Below, piece after piece: positions 10,561 to 20,815 of a DNA stretch of 56,136 nt; the stretch's first letter is position 1, and each line of letters opens with the position of its first letter. The translations under genes and the position numbers were made by a program. The DNA is from a virus (taxonomy: Duplodnaviria > Caudoviricetes), in IMG/VR virus record IMGVR_UViG_3300025848_000049, positions 1-56,136 of that record, one strand, 5' to 3'. The notes under the pieces were generated by a model. It worked only from the letters and a program-made list of their open reading frames with translations, had not been told where the DNA came from and did not search any database.

Positions 10561-11469
10561 TCACGCAATGTAAATGCGGCCATCATTGCCGTTGGTGTCT
10601 TGAGAAGTTGATCCTGCGCCTGAAGTCCCGCGCTGCGCGTCAGAGCTGTTTCCGGGCGTTGCGTAGTTGCCAGTATACAAGGTACTGCTCGTAACGTAAG
10701 TGTTGTTTACGTATCCAGAGCCGCCGCCGCCGCCTGCGTAGTTAGTGCTAATTGGACTGCTAAAAGTACCGCCAGCGCCGCCACCAAAATAACCACCACC
10801 GCCGCCGCCATTATAGCTGCCGCCGGTTCCGTCACCACCCTGTAGCGCCGACCCATTAGAGGCCGATCCGCTGCCGCTAGGTCCGCCTGCGGATTGCGTC
10901 CCTTGATTGTTTACATCACCCGCCGCAGAACCCCCATAACCTGACTGACCGCTACTGCCGCCACCCGCACCACCATTGCCCTGATTGGTGCCAAAAGAAT
11001 ATCCATTTCCGCCGCCGCCGCCTGCCATAAGGACGGCGTTGCCTTGGGTTTTGGAATTGCGGAAAATGCCAGTGTAACCAGCGCCGCCGCCTGCGTTTTG
11101 CGAGCTTCCTTTGCCGGGTCCACCACCGTTGAAAGCTGCCGCAGACGGATTACCGTACTGACCACCTTGGCCTACAGACAAAAGGTGCGTTGTTGAACCG
11201 GTAAAAGAAACCGTTCCCGTGGCAGCGCCACCGCCACCGCCCGTAGCTCCAGTGTTATTGCCTCGCCCGCCGCCGCCGCCCCACATTTTTACCGTGGCAG
11301 AAAAGGTGCCGGTCGGCACAATTGTCCAGTCCCCATACGCAGAGAGCGTCAACGGCCCGTCAGTGTCCAAGTTCCATGTAGATTTCCCCGCTACAGCCGG
11401 GGAGATCGTAAAAGACCTCACCGCCGCTGCGGTAGAAGAAGAAAACTGCATGTTTTTGGCGGCAAACAT
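10561..11469 (-). CDS. Glycine-rich virion protein (tip module, divergent type)
   Basis: VKMWGGGGG...GGGGYFGGG...GGGGSGY. Confidence 0.78.
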   Translation of the reverse strand: MFAAKNMQFSSSTAAAVRSFTISPAVAGKSTWNLDTDGPLTLSAYGDWTIVPTGTFSATVKMWGGGGGRGNNTGATGGGGGAATGTVSFTGSTTHLLSVGQGGQYGNPSAAAFNGGGPGKGSSQNAGGGAGYTGIFRNSKTQGNAVLMAGGGGGNGYSFGTNQGNGGAGGGSSGQSGYGGSAAGDVNNQGTQSAGGPSGSGSASNGSALQGGDGTGGSYNGGGGGGYFGGGAGGTFSSPISTNYAGGGGGSGYVNNTYVTSSTLYTGNYATPGNSSDAQRGTSGAGSTSQDTNGNDGRIYIA

Positions 11470-11993
11470 TACGGCGTATACCCCTGAACGTAAGTGCCAT
11501 ACCAGTTGGTTCCGTCAGAGATGAACGTCAAAATGTCCATCTTACCAGCGGTAGCGGTGATCGTCGGTGCGCCAGCCGTGGGCCATTTTACACCAGTGAA
11601 AGTCGCTGTGCCATTACCTGTGCTGGCGGCTTGCTTGAGAAGCAGGACAAATGATTTACCAGCCGTGGCGGTCGGCATTGTGAACGTGCAGGCCGTAGAG
11701 GCAGTAAGGGTCGCCGTGATGACCGTGCCAGCCGAGATCGCAATCGTCGCAGAACTTGTCACAGTACCAAGGGCGACCACGGTTTCCGTGTACGCGCTAA
11801 CGGTTGGATTGGTCAGCGTCGGGCTAGAAAGAGTGGCACTAGAGATGGTAGACGAGAAGCCGGGCGCGCTGGAGCCATTGGAGACAAGCACCTGACCAGA
11901 GGTTCCGGCACCTGTGAAGGCAACATTAGCGCCATCGCCATAGCCAACCCCGCCAGCGGTAGGGGTGTTGCTGCCAACTATCGTTACAGGCAT
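11469..11993 (-). CDS. Fibre-associated protein with class B C-terminal domain (base module)
   Basis: C-terminal VKWPTAGAPTIT...DILTFISDGTNWYG; TAATG coupling to the next gene. Confidence 0.75.
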   Translation of the reverse strand: MPVTIVGSNTPTAGGVGYGDGANVAFTGAGTSGQVLVSNGSSAPGFSSTISSATLSSPTLTNPTVSAYTETVVALGTVTSSATIAISAGTVITATLTASTACTFTMPTATAGKSFVLLLKQAASTGNGTATFTGVKWPTAGAPTITATAGKMDILTFISDGTNWYGTYVQGYTP

Positions 11994-12002
11994 TTCTTAC
12001 TC

Positions 12003-12854
12003 CTAGAACGTAATGGAACCGCTACCGGTCCAGCGATAAATGCGGAAGCCGCCAGAAACAGTGATTGTTGGGGAGCCTGTTGTTGATGTCGCGGCTGAGT
12101 ATGTGTCAGCATAACGGACAATTACGACGCCCGATCCACCCGCCCCGGCGGCGACATCACTTCCGCCCCCAGCACCGCCGCCACCGCCGGTATTAGCTGT
12201 CCCGGCCTGACCTACAGTAGTTGCCCTTCCGCCATCTCCTCCACCACCAGAGCCACCGCTCCCCGCGCTTCCGGCATTAGCGCCACCGCCGCCACCACCT
12301 GCATAATTAACAGAAGCGCCACTTATAGAAGAAGAAACCCCAGAACCACCTGATCCTGCCTGATTAGAGGAAGCACTTCCTCCATTCCCATTCTTGCCGC
12401 CGCCGCCGCCGCCGTTTTCATCGGAACCGCCTCCATCATAAGGGTTCCCACCATTATTACCTTCCCCGCTTGTTCCAACGCCCCCTGACGACCCTGCTGA
12501 TCCAGCTCCACCACCCGATCCACCAGCAAGCCCATTCGCGTTTGAGCCACTACGGCCAGCACCGCCGCCGCCGCCACCCGTGGATGTAATTGTACTAAAA
12601 ACAGAATTACTGCCGCTTGAGCCTCTACCTAAGCTTGCGCCAATTGCCCCACCCGCGCCTACAGTAACGGTTATTGCTGAACCAGATGAAACAGCAAACC
12701 CGGACGCTGTTCTCATGCCTCCAGCGCCGCCGCCACCGCCAGCGTTTCCTCCACCGGCCCCACCACCTGCAACAACCAAATACTCTACTGTTGGCGGGGC
12801 ATTTCCTGCATTGCCAAATTGACTACCAAGAAGAGCGAGGTGGATGCCGCTCAC
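12003..12854 (-). CDS. Glycine-rich virion protein (tip module)
   Basis: GTG start overlapping the upstream TGA; VEYLVVAGGG...YRWTGSGSITF. Confidence 0.8.
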   Translation of the reverse strand: MSGIHLALLGSQFGNAGNAPPTVEYLVVAGGGAGGGNAGGGGGAGGMRTASGFAVSSGSAITVTVGAGGAIGASLGRGSSGSNSVFSTITSTGGGGGGAGRSGSNANGLAGGSGGGAGSAGSSGGVGTSGEGNNGGNPYDGGGSDENGGGGGGKNGNGGSASSNQAGSGGSGVSSSISGASVNYAGGGGGGANAGSAGSGGSGGGGDGGRATTVGQAGTANTGGGGGAGGGSDVAAGAGGSGVVIVRYADTYSAATSTTGSPTITVSGGFRIYRWTGSGSITF

Positions 12855-13327
12855 GAGACGTTCCCCGTAATCACGCAGACCGTGCCAGAGATGAACAGAA
12901 TGGTGCAGACACCTCTCGTGGCGAGGGAAACGGTCGCCTTGTCAGCGTCCGTGCCGCCAATGTAGGCCGTGGTGATCGTGCAAGTGATCGTAATGCTGCC
13001 AGACGTGTTGTTGAACACCGACACCACGTCACCCGTTGAAAACGTCGCGTCAGGGATAACAATGCTGCCGCCGGTGCTGACCTGAATGAACTCACCCACG
13101 TCACCGGTAGCCAGCGTATAGCTGCTGGTCTTAGCCGATCCAGACTGAGGAATAGCGCGCAGTTTACCAGCCGAATCCGACACGACGCCCGTAAAGTTTG
13201 CCGCCTGTGCGCTGGTTAACGTCAGCGCAGTCGTGGTGCCATTAGTCTGGAAAACCAGATTGCCGGTCGTGTCGCCCGTGCTTTGCAGGGCGGTTGTGCC
13301 AGTGGTTCCCGCAGCAATCGTACTCAT
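12851..13327 (-). CDS. Fibre-associated protein with class A C-terminal domain (base module)
   Basis: IPQSGSAKTSSYTL...RGVCTILFISGT shared with 5941-6726. Confidence 0.78.
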   Translation of the reverse strand: MSTIAAGTTGTTALQSTGDTTGNLVFQTNGTTTALTLTSAQAANFTGVVSDSAGKLRAIPQSGSAKTSSYTLATGDVGEFIQVSTGGSIVIPDATFSTGDVVSVFNNTSGSITITCTITTAYIGGTDADKATVSLATRGVCTILFISGTVCVITGNVS

Positions 13328-15819
13328 CAGATCACCACCCAGCGCTGTCCCGAGGAAATCGTCACTGTCGCCCCGCTGCCAATCGTGATCGGGCCGACAG
13401 AGATGCCATTGTAAGAAGTGGGCATCGTGTAGTTAGCCGAGATCGTTGTGTAGTTAAGAATGATCGCGTCGTTAGCCACCAGCGGCGAGAAGCCAGTGGG
13501 GCCGCTCGCGCCCGTAGGACCAGTCGGGCCAATCGGGCCAGCGCCGAACGTGTTCACAGAGATGGCGACAAACTCAACAATATCGCCAGCCGTACACGCC
13601 GTGGCAAGGACAACATCCGTGCCCGTGGTGGCCGTATAGTCAGAGCCATTTAGGAATACGCCGTTAACGTAGACCTCAATGTAGCCCACGGTATACGTGA
13701 CCGAGAACGTCGTCTGACCGCCGGTAGCCGTGAAGGATGTGCGGGTGTAGGACGCAACGCCAGTCGGGCCAGTAGGACCCGTGGGACCAGCCGTTCCGGC
13801 TGTACCGGTCGGGCCAGTCGGACCCGCTACAGTAGAAGCGGCTCCCGTAGGGCCAGTGGGTCCAATATCACCCGTTGGGCCCGTGGGGCCAGCAACACCC
13901 GCAGTTCCAGTTGGCCCGGTCGGGCCGTCAACGCCCGCAGTGCCAGTTGGACCAGTCGGACCAGCGACACCAGTGGGCCCTGTGGGGCCGTCAATACCAT
14001 TAGCGCCCGTTGGGCCGGTAGGTCCAGCCACGCCCGTAGGGCCAGTAGGCCCATCAATGCCGTTGGCTCCCGTGGGGCCTGTAGGACCAGATGCGCCCGC
14101 TACGCCGGTGGGTCCTGTGGGGCCATCAATGCCTGCGCTGCCGGTAGCGCCTGTAGGACCGGTCGGGCCAGTAGCTCCCGCGCCCGTGGGGCCGGTAGGA
14201 CCAACTTGCAGGTACATGACCTGCATAACGCTGACAATGAGAGACGGGATGGCCGGATTAAGCGCCCCAATCGGCTCATGCTCAAGGATGATGGAGGCGT
14301 TGTCCGTCATCCATATCAGTTCAACGTAGTCGCCCGCTACGAACGTATCCAGATAATCCCATGCCGCCACAACATACGGCGCATTGCTTGGAACCGTCAG
14401 TTTGGTGTCAGAGCTTGGAATGTCCACACCGTTCTTGCGGAACCAGATGTTGACCGTCTGCCCAGAGCCGCCGCCGCCCGTGTTGTGGAATTGAGCGGAG
14501 AACTGAATGTCAAACGTGCCGCCCGCAGCAAACGTAATCCGCGAGTTTGACACGATAGAGATGTTAGTCGCGCCCGCTGTGTTGTTCAGCGTCATCGGCG
14601 TCGGTGTGTTTACCGTCGCCGTCTGGTCAACGTCACTGAAGAACGAGCCATAGCTGGCAAGCGCGCCGCCGGGGCCGGTGGGGCCAACTGCGCCAGTAGC
14701 ACCGGTAGGTCCGGTCGGACCAGCCACAGTAGAAGCCGCGCCAGTGGGTCCGGTTGGACCTCCAGAGCCGGTAGGGCCGGAAACGCCTGTCGGGCCGGTA
14801 GGTCCAGTGGGACCAGCCACCGTAGAAGCCGCACCCGTAGGTCCAGTCGGGCCAGAAACGCCGGTTGGACCCGTGGGACCCGTGGAGCCAACCGATCCGG
14901 TCGGGCCAGTAGGGCCAACAGCACCGGTCGCTCCAGTGGGGCCAGTCGCACCCGTAGGACCGCTTGGCCCAATGAAGCCAGAGGTGTTGATCTCCACCCA
15001 CTGCGCGCCGCTGGCATCAGAAATCCATGTGTACTCGATACCAGAATCAGTATCGAGCCAACGGTCGCCAACCACCGGGCTTAGTGGGGGAGTAGGTGAT
15101 TCCGTATAGCTCGTGCCGCCGCTGGGGCCAGTCGCGCCCGTAGGGCCGGTAGCACCCCCAACGCCCGTAGGACCGGTCGGGCCATTGTTACCAGTCGGGC
15201 CGGTCGGGCCAGCCTGACCAACAATTAGAGCTAAGAACAGCGGAAGGCCGAAAGAAAATCCAGTGGTTCCCGTGCCGCCAGACGAGAAAAGGCTGACAGG
15301 ATAGGTCCAATAAGCAGTTGGGGAGCCGGGGTTAACTGAAGTCGGCGCACCAGTAATCGTGAACGTCTGATAGTTGGCGCTGGCCGATTGGTCTTGAACA
15401 ATAATTCTCTCGCCAATCGTCAGCAGCGAGAGAAAAATATCTACGTCAATGCCGTTATCGGTCAGATGGCTGATGTTAAGCTGCGTGGCCGACGTTTGGG
15501 TAGCGTTATTCCAGAGGATATATCCATCACCCGGATAGCCGCTGGTGGAAGCCGTATTAGCTTGAAACAGAAACAAGCTGGTTGAGTTGCCGGGGGTTCC
15601 GGTAGGACCAGTTGCCCCAGTTGGGCCGGTCGGGCCAGTCACGCCCGTGGGGCCGGTCGGACCAACAGCACCCGTAGGGCCCGTGGGGCCAACACCCTGC
15701 AAATCAGCAATTTGTTGAGTCGTAGCGCGGACGGATACGCCGGACTGAACAAGTTCCATCTCCTCCGTGCCATTCAGAGACACGGCAACGGGAAGGTTTG
15801 GAATCTGGATGTTAGCCAT
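13327..15819 (-). CDS. Large multi-domain collagen-like fibre (trunk)
   Basis: Several GPT runs separated by about five non-collagen domains. Confidence 0.85.
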   Translation of the reverse strand: MANIQIPNLPVAVSLNGTEEMELVQSGVSVRATTQQIADLQGVGPTGPTGAVGPTGPTGVTGPTGPTGATGPTGTPGNSTSLFLFQANTASTSGYPGDGYILWNNATQTSATQLNISHLTDNGIDVDIFLSLLTIGERIIVQDQSASANYQTFTITGAPTSVNPGSPTAYWTYPVSLFSSGGTGTTGFSFGLPLFLALIVGQAGPTGPTGNNGPTGPTGVGGATGPTGATGPSGGTSYTESPTPPLSPVVGDRWLDTDSGIEYTWISDASGAQWVEINTSGFIGPSGPTGATGPTGATGAVGPTGPTGSVGSTGPTGPTGVSGPTGPTGAASTVAGPTGPTGPTGVSGPTGSGGPTGPTGAASTVAGPTGPTGATGAVGPTGPGGALASYGSFFSDVDQTATVNTPTPMTLNNTAGATNISIVSNSRITFAAGGTFDIQFSAQFHNTGGGGSGQTVNIWFRKNGVDIPSSDTKLTVPSNAPYVVAAWDYLDTFVAGDYVELIWMTDNASIILEHEPIGALNPAIPSLIVSVMQVMYLQVGPTGPTGAGATGPTGPTGATGSAGIDGPTGPTGVAGASGPTGPTGANGIDGPTGPTGVAGPTGPTGANGIDGPTGPTGVAGPTGPTGTAGVDGPTGPTGTAGVAGPTGPTGDIGPTGPTGAASTVAGPTGPTGTAGTAGPTGPTGPTGVASYTRTSFTATGGQTTFSVTYTVGYIEVYVNGVFLNGSDYTATTGTDVVLATACTAGDIVEFVAISVNTFGAGPIGPTGPTGASGPTGFSPLVANDAIILNYTTISANYTMPTSYNGISVGPITIGSGATVTISSGQRWVVI

Positions 15820-16549
15820 TTAACGGACCCGTCTTCGGAACTTGGTTGAAATTATACGGCAAGCCGGGGTCATTGCCACCAATATCGTCAGGCACAAATA
15901 GGCTCGTGCCCGGCTCTTCATTGAGGCCAAACGGGGGCTCGCCAGTGGTCTGGGTGACGCGGTTCTGGCTGCTCTGAGTGATTCGGTTCTGGGTGTTGCC
16001 CATGGGCAGGCCGGTAATGGGATCAATGTTGATCGCCACCGAGCCAGCGTGCGTCATGCTCCCCGTGGCATTGCTGGCAAATGACACCGTGTACGACCCA
16101 GAGTTGCTGGAGGCCGTGACAACATAGGTGCCATTGTACGTGGCGGGCTCCATGCCAGACACCACAATAGTGCTGCCAACGGTAATTGGAGTCAGAGACA
16201 ACGGCACTGGGAACGTCAGCGTGGCGACAGAACCCGTGCCAGAGGCCGCAGAGACCTGCAAAACCTGACTGGATGTATAGCGGTTATTGGTTTCCGCCGT
16301 GACATAATCCTGAATACGGGCGTTCATGATGGGCGTTGGATCAGCCGGAATGATGATGTTCCGAAGCTGATTCTGAGGCACATCAAGGCACGTCTCGCAT
16401 ACCAAGATGCGGATGTTCATCAGGGCAGCGCCACGATAGTCAAACTGCCACTGAAGCTCATGGTGATTATACAAAAAGCCACAGCGGTCGCAGATGCCAA
16501 AGGCACGCGGGTTGGTAGAGCTTACCGATGCGCGACCGTGTGGCCTCAC
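15812..16549 (-). CDS. Virion structural protein with N-terminal CxxC...CxxC motif
   Basis: CDRC...CETC; coupled to both neighbours in the neck region. Confidence 0.65.
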   Translation of the reverse strand: MRPHGRASVSSTNPRAFGICDRCGFLYNHHELQWQFDYRGAALMNIRILVCETCLDVPQNQLRNIIIPADPTPIMNARIQDYVTAETNNRYTSSQVLQVSAASGTGSVATLTFPVPLSLTPITVGSTIVVSGMEPATYNGTYVVTASSNSGSYTVSFASNATGSMTHAGSVAINIDPITGLPMGNTQNRITQSSQNRVTQTTGEPPFGLNEEPGTSLFVPDDIGGNDPGLPYNFNQVPKTGPLNG

Positions 16550-17235
16550 CTAAAGTACCCCTGAATTTGCGGAGAGATGTACTGAGAGACGTACTCAGTG
16601 TTCTGATCCGCAGCGATTTGATACGCCTCGTCAGCAAACGGCTTCATGATCTGGACCTTTTCAGGCGACCAGACCTGCGCTAGCCTCGTGGCAAGACCGT
16701 AAGCAAACGCCTCCAGCCACAGATACGGGATTTCAACCGTCTGACCCGCCGTGTAATTGGCATCCTGAAGACGCCTGACACGGTAGTACTTCAGCGTGGT
16801 TGCCTCGCCGCCATCTGGCACGGGCCAAAGCGTAATCGTGGGATCAAGCAGGCGATCAAACCAATACGTGGTTGGAAAGCCCTGCTGTTCTTTATTGGGA
16901 TAGGACGCATATTCCGTGCGCGAGATCGGCAAAATAATACGGTCAGTATTAGAATTACCCTGCGCAATCGTGATGTAAGCGTCCAAGATCATGACGGTGT
17001 CGGCAGGCACGTTATAAGTAGACGTGCCCTGAACCAGCGGAACCGTTTCAAGATCAACAGCCCAAAGATTTACGCCTTGGTTAGACCACCTCGCCAGAAG
17101 CAGGTTGGTCGCCATGCGGGCCGTCTGCATATGTTCCTGCACGAGCGACGTGTTGCGCAAACCGATCAGGTTGTACGCATACAGGGTCAGCTCGCCCAAA
17201 GACGGATTGAACGTGTACGTCCCGCTGGTTGTCAT
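16546..17235 (-). CDS. Head-tail adaptor / head completion protein
   Basis: Position after capsid genes; NLLLARWSNQGVNLW, ISRTEYASYPNK..G.P, LWPVP motifs typical of podoviral adaptors. Confidence 0.65.
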   Translation of the reverse strand: MTTSGTYTFNPSLGELTLYAYNLIGLRNTSLVQEHMQTARMATNLLLARWSNQGVNLWAVDLETVPLVQGTSTYNVPADTVMILDAYITIAQGNSNTDRIILPISRTEYASYPNKEQQGFPTTYWFDRLLDPTITLWPVPDGGEATTLKYYRVRRLQDANYTAGQTVEIPYLWLEAFAYGLATRLAQVWSPEKVQIMKPFADEAYQIAADQNTEYVSQYISPQIQGYFR

Positions 17236-17247
17236 CCGGCTCTCCTA

Positions 17248-17574
17248 TTAGGCGGGGCCAGCCTGAACGACTTTAAGTTCCACAGTGCCCGTCTGACCGG
17301 TCGCCATGTAGATGCTGATGGCGCGGCAAGGAATGGTCATGCCAACAGCGGTGTCCGCCGTGACACCGGAAAGACCGGTGACGCTGAACCACAGAGCCGT
17401 GTCCTTGTCATAGCCGACAGCATTAGGATCATCCAAGGAGTACTGGATGCTGAACGTGGGCGTGCCAGCCGTGATATTTGCCGCCAGACCAAGGTTGAAA
17501 GGCGTCTGGAAGTCATCAACAGCAATAACCTCGCTGCGGCCTTCATCGGTCAGAGAAATAGTGCGGTACTGCAT
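17248..17574 (-). CDS. Hypothetical beta-rich structural protein
   Basis: ORF in the late operon with RBS. Confidence 0.6.
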   Translation of the reverse strand: MQYRTISLTDEGRSEVIAVDDFQTPFNLGLAANITAGTPTFSIQYSLDDPNAVGYDKDTALWFSVTGLSGVTADTAVGMTIPCRAISIYMATGQTGTVELKVVQAGPA

Positions 17575-17575
17575 T

Positions 17576-17974
17576 TCAGCTTTCCTTTTTCACGCCGGAT
17601 GGAGATACAGGCCAAGATTTCCTAGCGGGGCCAGTTTTCTTCTTAGCCATTGTCTCCTTCTGCGAGCTACTCATTGATTTGGCAGCAGCGGCAGGGCGAC
17701 ATGCCGGGTATGGCCTTTTGCCCTTTTCACCGGGAATCCTACCACATTCCTCACCAGTTTTCACATCACGCCAGTCTTCTGCGAACCATTTTCCAAGTCC
17801 GCCGCCAGACGCTTTGTTAACTCGGTTGTCATCACCGGACCATTTACCTCCATGCTGCTTGTACCACTTGGATGCCCAAGCATTGGCATAAGCAGACGGG
17901 TAAACGTCAAACTTGGCTCTGGCAGCAGCCTTGGCGCGGCCCCAAAGACCGGAGTTTTGTGGCTTTGACGCCAT
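17576..17974 (-). CDS. Basic hypothetical protein
   Basis: K/R-rich; YPSAYANAW and GLGKWFAEDW motifs; tightly packed in the operon. Confidence 0.65.
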   Translation of the reverse strand: MASKPQNSGLWGRAKAAARAKFDVYPSAYANAWASKWYKQHGGKWSGDDNRVNKASGGGLGKWFAEDWRDVKTGEECGRIPGEKGKRPYPACRPAAAAKSMSSSQKETMAKKKTGPARKSWPVSPSGVKKES

Positions 17975-17975
17975 G

Positions 17976-18215
17976 TCAGCAATCCCACTTACGGAGGGCT
18001 TTGTTGATACGGCTGTCAGGATCGGCAGCTTTAGCCGAGCCAGTCAGCTTGCGCTTCATGCCGGTCATCCGGGCGCAGAAGCTATCTTTGCGGGAGCCGC
18101 CTTCTGGCTGGGGCCGCTTAATGTCATGGCCTTGGGCGCGGAGAGACGCGCGGCCCTTCTCATTCAAACCGCCTTCAGGGTTCTTGCCTTCTTTGCGTGT
18201 CCATGCGCCGGGCAT
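17976..18215 (-). CDS. Small basic protein (DUF6321-like)
   Basis: AWTRKEGKNPEGGLN...SFCARM...SRINKALRKWDC; GGAGG RBS. Confidence 0.7.
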   Translation of the reverse strand: MPGAWTRKEGKNPEGGLNEKGRASLRAQGHDIKRPQPEGGSRKDSFCARMTGMKRKLTGSAKAADPDSRINKALRKWDC

Positions 18216-18229
18216 CGTATCCTCCTAGT

Positions 18230-18257
18230 AAAACGGGGGCGCAATGGCCCCCGTTTC
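18230..18257 (-). terminator. Hairpin, probable intrinsic terminator
   Basis: aaacggggg-cgcaatgg-cccccgttt inverted repeat, followed by a short U run on the minus strand. Confidence 0.55.
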
Positions 18258-18280
18258 CCACTACTGAATGGGAGCTTTAC

Positions 18281-18544
18281 TCAGTAATGGGAGCTTGCCT
18301 TGCGGGGCGAGCCCGAAGCGGCAGACGAGAACACACCGCCGCCAGCCTTACGGGGCTTGCGACCAGCGTTCATCTTAGCAGCCTCGCCATGGACCTTGCC
18401 CATAGCCTTGCCACCCTTCTTGAAGCCGTTGGTGCCGCCCTTGGCTTCCTTCACGACTTCCGAGTTAGCGCCAGCGTACACATCGGTCGGCGCGCTGTTC
18501 TTCATCACAACGCCACCGGTCTTGCGAGCATTACGACCCTTCAT
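18281..18544 (-). CDS. Small basic protein with repeated (R/K)xxGG motifs
   Basis: RKTGG, FKKGG, RKAGG; GGAGG RBS before ATG 18544. Confidence 0.7.
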   Translation of the reverse strand: MKGRNARKTGGVVMKNSAPTDVYAGANSEVVKEAKGGTNGFKKGGKAMGKVHGEAAKMNAGRKPRKAGGGVFSSAASGSPRKASSHY

Positions 18545-18564
18545 GATAGCCTCCAATGGCTAGT

Positions 18565-19020
18565 TTACGCCGTCAGGTTGCGCGCCTGAACGTAGGTAAC
18601 AGTGATAACGCCGACGCCAGCGCCGGTGTTGGTGGAAGTCACAGCGATCTTGCGATCCGTGGTGCCAACGTCATTCCAGTTGCCAGCGCGGGTAGCGTCG
18701 GTGCCCGGAGTCGCCGAAAGCGGGCCAACAGCAACGCCGTCAAGCGCGCCAGCAGCCGTCAGGAACGTAGCCGAAGCCGTCGTGCCAACGCCAAAAGTCG
18801 TGGCAACGCCATCCCAAGCAGTCGTCACCATGACGCTGATGGAAAGAATCTGGCTGTTGGCGGGGATCACAATGGAGGTCGCGCCCGAAGCCTGCGTAAC
18901 AGCCGAAGACTGAGCCATCACCACATAGCCGACGTTAGTAACGTCCGAGCCAAGAGTGGTGCCGCTCGTGTTCAGGATGTTACCGGCCTTGATCGGACCA
19001 GTAAACGTAGTAGCGCCCAT
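18565..19020 (-). CDS. Capsid decoration / minor head protein candidate
   Basis: Directly after the MCP; MGATTFTGPIKAG start with GGAGG RBS; beta-rich. Confidence 0.65.
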   Translation of the reverse strand: MGATTFTGPIKAGNILNTSGTTLGSDVTNVGYVVMAQSSAVTQASGATSIVIPANSQILSISVMVTTAWDGVATTFGVGTTASATFLTAAGALDGVAVGPLSATPGTDATRAGNWNDVGTTDRKIAVTSTNTGAGVGVITVTYVQARNLTA

Positions 19021-19029
19021 AAGGCCCTC

Positions 19030-19096
19030 CTGCACGATGCGATCTTGTAGTCTGTGCAGCGTCCGCTAGGCCGGTCTACAAGATCAATTAGCCTAG
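19030..19096 (-). ncRNA. Candidate double-pseudoknot cis-regulatory RNA leader
   Basis: Three perfect pairings (6, 10 and 6 bp) that cross each other; the last abuts the SD of the 19020 gene. Confidence 0.5.
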
Positions 19097-19099
19097 ATG

Positions 19100-19126
19100 A
19101 AAGGCGGGAGCCGTAGCCCCCGCCCT
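19100..19126 (-). terminator. Hairpin after the major capsid gene
   Basis: ggcggg...cccgcc stem followed by UUU on the minus strand. Confidence 0.5.
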
Positions 19127-19133
19127 GTCAAAA

Positions 19134-20039
19134 TTACGACGGGATAGCGCCGTAGATGGAACGCCAGTTGTAGTAGCCGAAGCTATAACGCTCGTAACCC
19201 TTAACCAGAAGGTTATCGGTCACAAAGTCAACCTGCATATCCGTCTCAAACTTGACACGCTCCATGTAGGAGAGGCCGTCAATGTTGGTGAGAAGGAACC
19301 AAGCCGACGCCGACGTGAGGAAGTCGTTGACCATGTAACCTTCCGGCAGGCCACCGGCGGTCATCATGATCGCGTTCACGTCGTTGTCCGCAGTACCCGG
19401 ACGCAGTTCCGTCTTGGTAAGGCGGATAGCAACCGGTTCCAGAGCCGCCGGGACGATCAGCTTGCGGCCACGCGCGAACACCTTCAGACCAGCCTGATCT
19501 TTGAAGTTCGTGCGGATCGCGATCATCGCGTTCAGCAGGGTAGACTCGTTAAGCTCGTTGGTGGTGTAGTTGGAGATCACACCGCCATCAATCGGGTGAT
19601 CCGACGCCACCAGCGCCTTGCCGTCACCGCCGACCGCAGCATTGTACGTCGTGGCCGTGTTAAGCACGTTCGCGCCGTAAATTTCCTTGGTCTGCTGGAA
19701 CGACTCCATAAGGCCGAGGTTGCTGGGCGCAAACTGGGTCTTGTAGAGGTTGTCGTCAATCGCCTTGCGGGTGATCGCGTAGCCGAGAGCAATTTCAGTA
19801 TGCTCTTGGTTGTACACGTAACGCTCGCCAGCGTTGTTATCAAAAGCAGTCTGACCGCCTTCAGTCTTCAACTGAGCAAGGCCCAAGAAGCGCATTTCAG
19901 CGGTACGCTCAAGCGCCATCTTGGAGTCATGCTTGGTGAAGATTTTGTCGTACTGAGACGGAATCTGCTCGTACTTGCCTTCAATTCCACGGAGGCCGGG
20001 GAGGAGAAGGTCTTTAATAGCCGAAAGATTGACAGCCAT
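19134..20039 (-). CDS. Major capsid protein (Mu gpT-like, HK97 fold)
   Basis: 301 aa after scaffold; LLPGL, ALGYAITRKAIDDNLY, GGDGKAL...HP, ERYSFG...WR motifs. Confidence 0.88.
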   Translation of the reverse strand: MAVNLSAIKDLLLPGLRGIEGKYEQIPSQYDKIFTKHDSKMALERTAEMRFLGLAQLKTEGGQTAFDNNAGERYVYNQEHTEIALGYAITRKAIDDNLYKTQFAPSNLGLMESFQQTKEIYGANVLNTATTYNAAVGGDGKALVASDHPIDGGVISNYTTNELNESTLLNAMIAIRTNFKDQAGLKVFARGRKLIVPAALEPVAIRLTKTELRPGTADNDVNAIMMTAGGLPEGYMVNDFLTSASAWFLLTNIDGLSYMERVKFETDMQVDFVTDNLLVKGYERYSFGYYNWRSIYGAIPS

Positions 20040-20054
20040 TGGTCCTTACTCCTC

Positions 20055-20642
20055 TTAAATGCCAGTGGCGTTCTTGGTCGTGACGTTGTTGAACGCCACA
20101 ATGATGCGGTTGTACGCACCAGCCTCAGTGCCAGCCGAACCCGGAGGATCGGTGACGAGGCCCACGACACGGAAGGGAAGGGTGGTCGTCACGGCAGCGG
20201 TCGTAACGTCAGCAAACGCGCCCGACAGGCCGTTGGCGGTGTTGCCAGTGCCAATGTCAAAGCCAATGTTCAGGTTGACGGTGGACTGCGTAGCGCCAGT
20301 AGCGCCAGTCTGCACAACAAATTTGGCGTTCGGGTCATTGATGATGTAGCCCTCAACCGTCTGGCTGGAAGCAACATCAGAACCGGGCCAATAGTTGGAC
20401 CAGACAGTGCGCTTCTGCGACACCGAGAGGTACTTGCAGCCGACAAACACACCAGCAATGCCAGCAGCGGCAATCGTGCCGTCGCTGCGCACCACGAGGC
20501 CGTTGGCGTCGGGCTCTACGGGGTCGCCGTAGTAAATGGCAGAAGCGTTATAAGCGATTACAACCGGGACCTGCTCATAGGTCGGAGCGGAACCATTGCC
20601 GCTGTACTGGCTAAAACCGAAAGGCGCGTTCGTATTCGCCAT
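20055..20642 (-). CDS. Capsid cement / minor capsid protein candidate
   Basis: MANTNAPFGF...IYYGDPV...GVFVGC.Y...DP; directly upstream of the MCP. Confidence 0.65.
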   Translation of the reverse strand: MANTNAPFGFSQYSGNGSAPTYEQVPVVIAYNASAIYYGDPVEPDANGLVVRSDGTIAAAGIAGVFVGCKYLSVSQKRTVWSNYWPGSDVASSQTVEGYIINDPNAKFVVQTGATGATQSTVNLNIGFDIGTGNTANGLSGAFADVTTAAVTTTLPFRVVGLVTDPPGSAGTEAGAYNRIIVAFNNVTTKNATGI

Positions 20643-20665
20643 GACGGTGCCTCCTTTTCAGGAAG

Positions 20666-20730
20666 TCCCATCATGCCACACCGGGGGCACTAGGAACCGG
20701 GAAAGTTAAGCCTCCCACGCCGGGGGGAGG
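20666..20730 (-). promoter_or_regulatory. Twin stem-loops with shared CCCGGYGU loop in the capsid-operon leader
   Basis: tgcc-acaccggg-ggca (20674-20689) and cctccc-acgccggg-gggagg (20711-20730). Confidence 0.55.
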
Positions 20731-20782
20731 AAGCTCCCATACAGGAGCCATGCCGTGAGAATACACCTTAACAACATAAAGT

Positions 20783-20809
20783 AAAGGGCCACCCGTAGAT
20801 GGCCCTTTT
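20783..20809 (-). terminator. Intrinsic terminator
   Basis: aaagggcca...tggcccttt stem just after the stop of the 20816 gene. Confidence 0.6.
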
Positions 20810-20815
20810 GTCATA

